A stretch of 64,000 bases of DNA from Octopus bimaculoides (taxonomy: Eukaryota). Shown piece after piece: positions 24,940 through 36,900 of this stretch; within the stretch, counting starts at the first letter, position 1; every line of letters begins with the position of its first letter. The translations under genes and the position numbers were made by a program. The notes under the pieces were generated by a model. The model did no database searches, was not told the origin of the DNA, and was given only the letters and a program-made list of their open reading frames with translations. The stretch covers positions 104,598,991 through 104,662,990 of the forward strand of contig NC_068982.1 of assembly GCF_001194135.2 (NCBI RefSeq), given 5' to 3'.

Positions 24940-27900
24940 GGCAGGCTTCTTTCAGTTTCTGTCTACTAAATCTACACAGTGAGTGTGTCTATGCACATGT
25001 GTGTATGTATTGTATATATTTTTACATGCATGTGAAAAAAATTGAATGGCTTACTCTTTCTTTTTCTGGTTTTCTAGACTCTTCTTGATGAAGACTTATT
25101 GCTTCCATTAATTTATCAATCTAAGAAAAATATATAAAATTAAATGAATTATAAAACATTTGCTCAAATAAAATGTTATTTGTATATGAAGCAAAATATA
25201 TAAATTATTGTGTTAACAAAAATTTGTTAAAATCAAGCTTTAAGACATAACTTTAATTTATTGAATAGGTTCTTTTTTTTTACAGCAAATTCCATTATCA
25301 ATTCAAGAGATCATATTAAATGTTAAGAATAGAATATCTTTTACCAATATCCTGCAATAAAGCTGTTTTTTATTTACACATGCTTACAAACATACTAAAT
25401 AGAATCTCAAATCAATTTCAGCATTTAAACATCCAGTTGTTCAGTCAACTGGACAAGCTGCACATTGAATTAATATGCAGAGTGCCTAAATATTCCACAG
25501 ATAAATTTACCTTTAATCTAATTCTCAGGCAGTCATTATGATACAAGTGCATCATGACTAGATGTTTGGCTTACAGGTGTAGTCCATCTAACAGGCTTCT
25601 ATACAATTTGCATTTATCCAAATTCACCCAGAAGGCTAGGATCAACCAGAGGCTATGGTTAATGCATCTACCAAAGATGTCACACGGTGGGAAAAACGAA
25701 TTTTTAGAAATTTTAGTAGAAAGCTCAGATATTACTGTAAATCTCACTTTCTTTGATATACAAGACCTCTGAGCTGAGACTGCATTCAAAAATGTAATTT
25801 CTCCAAGATATAAACATTTTTTTTTTCATCCAATCATGTTGCCTACCTCCCTCTTTCCCTCTCTCTTGTTCCCCCATACATTCTTACAAACATTTTAGTT
25901 CCTCTTAGTTCCTTGGTCCTCTCTCACTTCTACTCATCTCATACCTTGAGGGGTCACTTGGACACTTTATCACCACTCATCATCTCTTTGCAGCTCCATC
26001 TTCTTTTAAATGTGAGTTGCCATGTAGCTCCTTAACAACACAAACCTGCTATGTCCCCTTCTCTCATACTTTGATTCCTCATCTCTTAGCATAAAGCCAC
26101 TCTTTCTCCCCTGCATGACAACTTCACTAGTACCAGTGTCACAAAAAAAGCACCCAGCATATGCTGTGAAGTCGCTGGTGTTGAGAACATCCAACCATAG
26201 AAACCCTGCCAAAGCAGACACTGGAGCATGGTATAAGCCTTGGACTTATTGGATTCTGTCAAATCCTCAAACTCATACTAGCACAAAACATGGACAATAA
26301 ATGAAGATAATGATGATGACATTCAAAAGACATGTCTTCTTAGTATTAATAGACTGACATCATTAAGATACAGAGAATAAAAAATCAATGGAATTATACT
26401 TAAACAATGTTAGGCTAATTTAAGCATTGCAGACTTCAGAATATATAGAGGATATCCTTGTAATGAAGTGAGGAATAAATATAGAAAATCATATGCAAAA
26501 ACTCACAGATTTTACTGTTTCAAGAGACATACGTGAGGCATGGCTAACTTCTTTAGAAATTTCTCCTGGAATCTAAAGTAAGAAGAAAAAAGACAAACAT
26601 TTATTAGGGAAGCAACAATATTGAAGCATTAGTTTCTAATAGAAATATAAATTATTTTACATTTCATTTCAATACAAACATATACCAGTATAATTTTCTC
26701 CCTATAAGTTCTTTCAAAGTGAAAATTAAAACATGACTGGAATATTGGAGTTTTAACTGTTATTTAGTAGTCACAACTTTTGAATGTTATATGAATTTCA
26801 TAAAGAAAATGCAAAGACATTCTTGTCATTCTATCAATACAAGTAATATTGATTATTTATAATGTTTCTAGAGATTTCTGAAGAAATACATATGAAAATT
26901 TATATATTCATTCATCTCCTATGAGCATTTGCATCTTTACTGAAATTGCTACACCTGTGAATCAAAATTAGGTCACATGCAGTTCAATAAAAATAAAAAC
27001 TGATATACTCAATAACATTTATTCTTTTATCTTCTTAATCTATATATTGATACAATAGTCTGTTCCTACCTATCTTCTGCATCTGAGAGAAAGTCAGGAA
27101 AAAAAAGAATGAGAAAGCTCTCTCTTTCTCTCCCTCTATCTATCCAGAATGTAACATCATATACTCTTACCAACACAATCAAGCCTTCAGCATACTTTGG
27201 CCATTAAACTTAACACATTTTTTTCCAAAATTCTTCTTACCATTTCTAATAAATAAGTTTAACAAATTCCAACTTTGCATAAAACCAATTTACCTGTAAT
27301 TCTGTTTCTTCATATTCTTTATCAAGTTCTTCTTCTCTTTCCTGAAAAGTTAAAGATCAGAGTTTAGAAGATGGGTAGTGTAGGAAAATAATTGAATTAT
27401 TTAAAGAAAGTGGATAAAATTATGTGCATATTTCTATGTATACAAATAAAATTTATCCCTATTAATCTTTCCCATCCTCTCACCTTCCTATTATTCATCC
27501 CTTCATCATTCTTCTAAATACTGCATTTTTCTGCTGCTGTAATTAAATGAACACAGAACTACCAAGTTTTAACCCTTTTTTGTTCTACTAACACTCGTCT
27601 CATCCTTAACACCCTTTCATATCTGCTATCAACAATTACCACTCCACCTTTGCCACTCACTAGCAACTTTTACCCACCTATTCCAAGTCATTATCTCCCT
27701 ACAGTTTATTCTGCGGCTCTTCACCCTTTTTGTACTACCTCTTATCTCCTCCTCTGCACTGAGCTACTTTTGTTTCTGATCACCTCCCAATCCAACTCAT
27801 ATTTACCATCAATCACATCCCCACTTTTGTTTACCATTCACAACACTCACTCCCACCCATCTCTCACTCTCCTTCCACATTCTTACAAACTTTACCCACC

Positions 27901-30900
27901 TGCCCTTCCTGATCTTGTCCCCACTCTTCTACATACCCTCTTGAAGGTACACCCAGACATATCATCACCATCATCTTTACCTCTTTTTCCAGCTCCATGC
28001 CAATTACTCCCACCCTTATATAATGTGAGGTAGCCATGTATTTCCCTTCAGCAAGAAACCTGTTCCTATCCATCTATCATTCTTTAGCATAAAACCATCT
28101 CCCTCTACTATACTCCCACTCAGTCAGTGAGTTACATGACAACCTCACAACTTCACTAGTACTTGTGCCTCAAAAAAAATCACCTAGTACAATCTGTAAA
28201 GTGGCTGGCATTAAGAAAAGCATTTAAATATAGAAATCATGCCAAGCAGGCATCAGAGTTTGATAGTATTCCAACTCATCAGATCCTGTCGAATCATTCA
28301 GCCCATGCCAGCATGGCAGATGAACATTAAATGATAATGATGATATATATCTTTTAAAGAAAAAAATGCTTACCATTTCCTTTTCTTCATCTGGTATAAC
28401 TATTTCTTCTGTCTTTTCCCACAGACGTATTGATTTGTCATGTGATGCTGACACAAGAAAATTACTACTAGGGCTGATAGCTAAACAACGTATTTGATCT
28501 TGGTGACCCTAAAAACAAGATAAACACAGATATTAAATTATTTTTAACATTGTAAAAGTCTTAAATGCAATATATTTGTAGAGAGTTAGTATTGATTTCA
28601 ATACTTAGTGAAATGGTTACAAGAGAGTAAATTGGTAGAACAGGTTACAGAAAATACTCTTTTCTGTTTTGGGGCACAATAACACTAAATGGAATCAAGA
28701 GCAGTGGAAATAAATGGAAACATTTAAATGGTTTTATTCCACAAAATATAAGTTGAAAGTAAGATTAATTCAAAGAATGATTACCTGTAATGTTAAAATT
28801 GGCAGGAAATGATCCCCATCCCATTGGCGGATTTTTTTATCTTTCCCACAGGAGAAAAACATATGTGTGTTTGGAATGAATTTAACACAAGTGACACTGA
28901 AAGATAAGAACCATAAGATACTGAACAAAGTGTAAAATACCTATGCAATATAAAAACTTGGAGAATTATTTATTACAGATATCACAATTTCCAAAATAAA
29001 TGATAGTAATGTTTCTTAATGTTTATGCTATTACCTATTTATCTCAATGCAGCTCTTATTGATCATTCCCACTCTCCCTTCTAAATGTGAGTAATCATGT
29101 AGCTCCTCGACAACAAGAACCTGTTCCCCTACCTTCTCTCATACTTTAACCCCCTCGTCAGATTCTGTAGTCTTGCAAGCTGCATGGTGACCTCATTAGT
29201 GCCAATGGCATGAAAAATGCATTCAGTACATGGTTGGCATTAGGAAGGGCATTCAACTGTAGAAACCCTGCCAAAACAGACACTGGCACATGATGCAGTC
29301 CTTGAACCCATCAGATACTGTAAAGTGTCCAACCCATGCTAGCACAGAGCATGAATGTTAAATGATGATAAGATCTTTGGGAGTAAAGGTGAATATAAAT
29401 AGACTGGCACACAAATACATAATATGAATAAATATATATATACTACTTATTCTTACTTACAATGGGCGGATAAGTGTCCTCACCTTCTTTGTCTTGGCTG
29501 ATGTACTCTCCAGCCTTCATCAGGTGTTCTGGTAGAATTTCGAACCCAACCCTTTATTTGACTAATAGGGTACACTGTTCTTATTCCTAAGGTATGTTGC
29601 TGATGTTATTTTTCTATTGATATTATTTTTCAAGTCCCTGCCTGGGATTGAACTTAGAATCCAAGGGTTAGTAGCCCACACTCTTATCCACTACACTATA
29701 TACCATTGAATTATAGAGTGAATTTTTGGGTTTATAAACCTAATATTTTATCTTTTCTTAATACCAGTTCCCATATTACATTCATATCTGCACTAGGTCT
29801 GCTTAGAAGATTATTGTGTCCTAGCATATGTGCAGCCTCTTTTAATTTTCCATATGACATCAGGACAGTATTCAGAAGTAATACAACAGTTCACAAATAT
29901 CTTCTCCAAGTAAAACCACCCAAAAAAGAGAATATGACTGAAAACTCTGTGTACTCTATTCCATGCAGTTGTGGTAGGTTATACAAAGGCATGACCACCC
30001 CCTTGAAGTAAGGGTAGAGGAACATTGTAAAGTTGTGAATAATTGGATATAGTCGATCATGTATGGAAAAACAGAGACCACCTCCCGCTGTGGGATGAAG
30101 TTAAAATAATTGACAGAGAATACCACTGGAAAATACAAAAATTAAAAGAGGCAGCACATATGCTAGGACACAACCTCTTAAGCAGACCCAGTGCAGATAT
30201 GAATGTAAAATTGGACCCAGTATTAAGAAAAGATAAAATACTAGTTTTATAAGCCCTAAAATTCACTCTATAATTGCCCGCAGGCATATAGCGTAGTGGA
30301 TAAGAGCACAGGCTACTAACCCACAGATTCTAAGTTCAATCCCAGTTCAATCAACAGAAAAATAACATCAGCAACATACCTTAGGAATGAGAACAGTGTA
30401 TCCCATTAGTCAAATAAAGGGTTGGGTTTGAAATTCCACCAGAACACCTGATGAAGGCTAGACAGTACTTCAGCCGAAACGTTATAACAACAAACAAGGT
30501 GAGAACACCTAACCATCTATTGTAAATAATGTACATAATTCCTCATCCCAAAAATAATGGATAGTTTTACTTTATTCTTGTATTATTTTAGGAAAAGACA
30601 ACATCTGTAACTTATGAAAATAAGTTGGGTATAAAAAAGACATATTTTTTTAAGTATGGAATCAATCAAACTAAGTTTTGATGTTTGAATATAAGATGAC
30701 AAACACATATACAAAGATAGAAATCTTTTAACAATAATGTAGAAGTTAATGGAAAAATTATTGAATATCTTATTTAGAAAAGAATGACAGCTTAAAAGAA
30801 GAGACAGATGTAGCAATATATTTGATACAATAGCAGTATTTTTACAATGAGTTGTTCGATGGAATACTTTTACAGTACTTTTATATACATAGGTTGTTCT

Positions 30901-33900
30901 AATATATTCTGCCTTGTTAATAATGAGATTACTAAGCCAATTTGTCTTTTTAGACTTTATTACCCAAAAACCAAAAATAGAAGTATTATACAGGAAAAAA
31001 AATTTAACCTGAAGGAAAAATCAGCAAAATATTTGCCATTTCTTACCTGCCATCATGTGCAAAAAGTGACTTGTGGCAGTCTCCAAAGTCTGTGCCCCAT
31101 AATTTGACATCTCTATCTGCTGAACCAGTAACAATCAACTCACTATCAGATGAAACATCTAGACACAGCACAGGCATACTGTGTCCATAGAGTGAGACAA
31201 AGAACTAAAAAAAAAAAAGAAAATACCAAATGAATAAACATGAAACTAAAACAAAATAAATATAACTAAAATCAATTCATTTAATTTAAAGAAAAAGTTT
31301 GACACTTCATAAAAAAACAGTAAAAATTGCTAATTCAGAATTCTTGAAAAGAAATGTTGTAAACTATAAATTCAATGTAAAAGAATATGGTCATGGTGAA
31401 TGAAAAGCTAAAACATTTTTAGAGATAGAACCATAGTTATATTACAAAAATAGTAGTCTTTTAAAATGTAATTTTATCTTCTTTAGACCTTATTTTAAAC
31501 TGTGATTTCAGGCTATACTGAAAGTGTTTCAATCAATTCTACTTTTTGCAGTTAACCTTGCAGGTGATTAGATACCAGATGAGTGAATGCTACCTGCATT
31601 AATTTGATGTCCAATACATAGATAGTTTTGTCCCACATCTGTTTGACATTGCAGAATGTCAAACTAAGTAAAGATATTGATATAAAACAGGAGTTGCAGT
31701 GAGCAATAAAAGACAATGGTTAGGGGTTGTACTAGCACCACAAGCTATCAAAATATTTGTCAATTATAATGTATACACTAACTACAATATAATTTATTTA
31801 CAAAAATTAACATTGAAAGTAACAAAACACACTTATACAATGCTCCCTCTCACTATAGCAGTGATACTGACCTTTTCATGACATTTACATTTGCAGCTAG
31901 ATAGATAGAAGGATGGTGGGGAGGGAGGGGGGTCTTTCATTGAGAGTTAAGTATGATTTAGCAAGTTAACAGTGCAGTTCCACTGATTCAATTCAACTCT
32001 GAGAATTCTCATTGTTGATTAAAAACAAAAATATAGCATTACCTTTAATGAGTCAGCATAAAATAATTTAGCTGTATTGTCCATGAGAGCAACACACACC
32101 AACTGGTTATTAGGACTAGACAGGTAAAATACACAAAAAATGAAAATTAGATGACAATTTGCAACACATTTTTTCAGTTTTAAGACAATTGTAGACAACA
32201 TTTGCTATTATTATTTCATTAAGAAAGGCCTTAGCCAAATACAATTGTTATCCAGCTGTTCTATAATACTCCTTACTATCACCTTCTTTCCAAGTTTTCC
32301 AAGCCTGTCTCTTGGCCCTTGCTACTAGATCAACTGTATCATTCTACCATCATGCTATCTTTGGAATGGCTAAGACTTTGCCCCAGTAGCACATTTAATC
32401 TGTAGCACTAAGCAGGTTATTTCATAGAAATTTTCAGTTGTCATCTTTGCTATGGATATCGAGATCTTTCTCCTTACAGTCATACATGTCATGGTGAATA
32501 AACAACTGAGTGCAAATGTTTAAATTTAATTAGCAGCAACAACAGCAAAAGTATCCTATATGTGTATAAATAAATGGATGGAAATCAATAAAGAAAAAAT
32601 AGAAAAAAATATGGAAAAACACATCACTAAATCTTATATGATTCAAATATAATCAAAAATGTACACACACACACACACACTCAGACATATATCAATTCAT
32701 CCAAGTGTGAAAAAAAAAGACATAAAATGCTGATATATATAGAAATTATATGAACCTGTACATGACAGCCAGAACAACTTCATCCATCAGCAAAGTTCTC
32801 TGATGTTCCAAGGTCAGTTGTTTTCTGAAAAGAAAAACGTCATTCAAAATGACAAAAACAATCTATAACAAAGAAATAAAAGAAGAAAACAAAAAAGAAA
32901 AGTCTATCTGTTATTTATGTGTTGAAAAAATATTGTGAGCAAGCCATTATCATCACCATCATCAGTTAATGTTTGTATTCCATGCTGACATAAGTTGAAT
33001 AATCCTGTCAAACCAGAAAGTTGTGTTGAACTCCATCAATAAAATCCTGCAATGATGTTGCCCAGAATTTTTTCCAAGATACTTTAATAAAAGTGTACAT
33101 CAGTAAATAGGCACTGGAATAGCAGCATGGTTGAAAAGCTCACTTTGCAACCATGTTGTTCCAGGTTTGATCCAAATACAAAGCATCTTGGGTGTTTTCT
33201 ACAATATTCACATTTTTTTACATAAATTGAAACCTCAGAGTTGACTTTACATTTCATTAGTCTGGAGTCAATGAAGTAAGTACCAGTCATGTACTGGAGC
33301 TAAATTCAATCAACTATGCCTTTTCCCATTGAATGGGTGGCATTGAAACAAAAGAAGAAATTCTTAAAATTACTGTCCGTATAAACCAAGTCTGTGTCCA
33401 AGTCTTATTCTTCAAGTGAATGTCTAAAAACAGTAAAGTTACGGCATAAACGATATACAATTTATTAAATGCAATATAGAATTCAAATCCTAGTACTAGA
33501 AAAACCTTGTAGTAGGCTGATGTTCTAAGAGAAGATAGTCTGATGGTGATGTCGTGGAGGTAGGATGATGATTAAGAATAAATTACAGTCTTATGACTTA
33601 CCTCGGCTGTTCATTCTCAGAACTGATAACTAACCATTCAAATGTCCAAAATTTGATGTTCTTATCTGCACCTCCAGAACAAATGCCATTCTGAAAATAA
33701 TTAATATTTCAATACAATTGAAGAATATGAGGAGTGTTGTTTAAATACTAAATAAAAATATACATAATATAATATTTAAACAGTTGTCACTTATCATCCC
33801 CTCCCTGCTGACCCATTCCTTTTTCCTTTACCTTCTCCCCAAACTGATATTCACCAGTAATCATGATTCCTTCCGTTTGCCATTTTGCATCACCTACCCT

Positions 33901-36900
33901 CCCACCCAAACCATCAGCCACACATCTCACATCTATGTCCCTATCTCCCTCACATTTACCCTCTTGTGTCTTGAGGGCACATCCTGACAATTTATCCCTA
34001 CCATCTTCTCTCCTTTTCCAGCTGAGGTAGCATGTATCTCCTCCACAGCAAGAGGCCTGTTCCTAGCCCTCCACCACACTCTTGCCTCCCAATACCTTCC
34101 ATAACCCATCCCTCAGTCAAAGGGTCTTGTGTTACAAGTTGGTGACCTCATTAATGCTAGTCAGAACTTAAAAACAGTGAAGATGAATTGCCAATGACAT
34201 ACAAAGCCCAATCTGATTTTATTGATATTTCAGACAACTAAAATGAGTTGGCAGAATCATTAACATGCCAGACCAAATGCTTAGCAGCATTTGGTCCGGC
34301 ATGCTATATATAGCCCAGGGCTATAGGACAAACCACTTGCCCAAGGTGCATTGCAGTGGGACTGAACCCAAAACCATGCCTGGTTTCATCATCATCATCG
34401 TCGTCGTTTAACGTCCGCTTTCCATGCTAGCATTCTAAAGCAAAATTCTTAACTACACAGCTATACTTACACCTATACATTTTCTTTTTTGCTTTCAGGC
34501 TCTAGAGGAAGGAGCAGTACCTGTGACCTACATAATCCTTCCTCAACCAGTGAGGTTGATGCTATTGATGTTCCACTTAAAACTTTCCAAATCAACAACT
34601 GCAGGAAAAGAATTCCAGAAAAATGTTCTGAGTAGGAAAGGACTAGGTGTAGTGATTAGTGTGGGATCAGAGAAGATGAGACACAATTATGGTGATGAGA
34701 GAAGGAATTAGTTAGATGGGAGTGCTCAGCTGGATGTGGCATAATGCCAGCCAGCTTTAAGAAGTAGAGGCCATTATAGTAACAGTAGAAGAAGCAGAGA
34801 GAGAGGAGATAGCAATATGTGAGACAGATGCTGGAGTATGTATTATAAATTAGTTCAACAAAAGAGGCCGATAGAATAAGTATGAGGCTTACAAAGAATA
34901 AATCCTGGGGTCAATTTCTTCAACTAAAACCATTAAGGCAGTGCTCCAGCATTGCCACAGTCAAATGACTGAAACAATGAAACCAGTAAAGGAACAAAGG
35001 AATATATACCCATGGAACTGTGTGTGAAACAGTGTATATATGTGTCAATCAAATATCAATGGCCACATCATTTCAAATTTCCTCATAAGCATAGATAGGA
35101 GTGGATTTTTTAGAAAATGATAAAATAATTCCAACATTACCTTGTCTGGAGATAAGCTTATACTCCAAACTGGTCCACTATGGGCATCAAAGGTGCTTAG
35201 TAATGTAGCTGTTGCAATTTCAAATAGCTGAAGTGTTCCTGACTAGAAATGAAGGAAGCAAAATATGAAGTTGTACAAATAAACAAAACACACACACATC
35301 AGATCAAGCAAATAAAACAGATGCTGTTGTTCAACCCTAGATTGTCTCTGATTGAGCAGAGTTATGATCGAAGGCATTCTAACTATGACCATCCAGTCTT
35401 TTTAGGGAGTATCTAAAATGACATAATCCCATGTACCCATCTTTTTTTAAGATGGTAAATTGTGGATATTTGGCTGTTATTTCTAGCAGGTCAAGCAACC
35501 GGTGTAACAGAGACAGATAAATGATCAAAAAGGGTAGACAAGAGACACAAGCCTGTCCTAGCGTCTTTCTTTTCAATAGAGAATCACTTGTATTTTAAAA
35601 TCAGTTCTGTTTTTTTATGGATGTAAAAGAGAGTGAGTATGTATGTATGTCTATTAAATACACTATTCATGAAAGAAGCCGAAAGAGCTGGCTCGACCAT
35701 TCTTTTTCACTCAACCATTCTTTTTACATAGCTTAGTCAGAGCCAGAGCTTCATTCATTTGCAGTAGATTTATAATACAAAGCCACATATTTAAATTACT
35801 CTTTTTATGATTGGTATTTTTGGCTGCAGAAGGATAAAAAGGTAAAAGTGAACAAAGGATATAAAAAGACAAATCAAATTGAAATCTAACAGAATTAAAC
35901 AATAGACATCTTTACCTTTGTTCCAACAACACATAAACGGTCTCCTGGGAGGAAAAGGCAACAGAGAGCATATTCACAGTCCATTGTTGCTATACATTGT
36001 AAATAAGATCTAAAACAATAAAAGAATTAGCAATAATTATGTATGCATGAAGATGTTTCTCACATGACATCCAACACAAAATATTATTATCACAACAATA
36101 AATATAACAAGAGGTATATTTATATAATATTGACAGGAAGGGCATCAAGCTGGAGAAATTCTGTCTCATGCAAGCATCAAAAAGTGGATATTAGAAATGG
36201 CTGAACATATTCAGTGTATAATACAGAATAAAAAATTGTTTTTTTGGAGTGACTGTGTGGTAAGTAGCTTGCTTACCAACCACATGGTTCTGGGTTCAGT
36301 CCCACTGCATGGCACCTTGGGCAAGTGTCTTCTACTATAGCCTCGGGCCGACCAAAGCCTTATGAGTGGATTTGGTAGACGGAAACTGAAAGAAGCCCGT
36401 CGTATATATGTGTGTGTGTGTTTGTGTGCCTGTGTTTGTACCCCCACCATCGCTTGACAACTGATGCTGGTGTGTTTACGTCCCCGTAACTTAGCAGTTC
36501 GGCAAAAAGAGACCGATAGAATAAGTACTAGGCTTACAAAGAATAAGTACTGGGGTAGATTTTATTGACTAAAGGCGGTGCTCCAGCATGGCCGCAGTCA
36601 AATGACTGAAACAAGTAAAAGAGTAAATTAAGTGATGCTCATTTTTATAGTTTATTATATTATGCAAATTAATTTTTTTTGCTTTTAAACTTACTTCATT
36701 GAAAAGATTTAAAATTCTCTTTTTATTCACATATTATCTGAATCATAAATGATTAAACAGAAATGATTAATGTTAACTCATGAGTATACTATTGTTTCTA
36801 AATTGATGCCATTCTACACCCAATACATTTTATATTATGCAAGCATGAATTCTGAATCAAAGTCATGTATTTTACTTCAACCATAGTTTAACAGACTGAG

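Noticed and set aside
25320-25541. IELICR peptide resembling part of human WDR3
   Set aside because: It is on the wrong strand, and the true homologous exon is 23294-23166.
30282-30350. tRNA-like sequence (and SINE heads at 4345 and 48814) as true tRNA genes
   Set aside because: Acceptor and anticodon stems do not pair fully and the sequences continue into repeat bodies, so they are tRNA-derived heads only.
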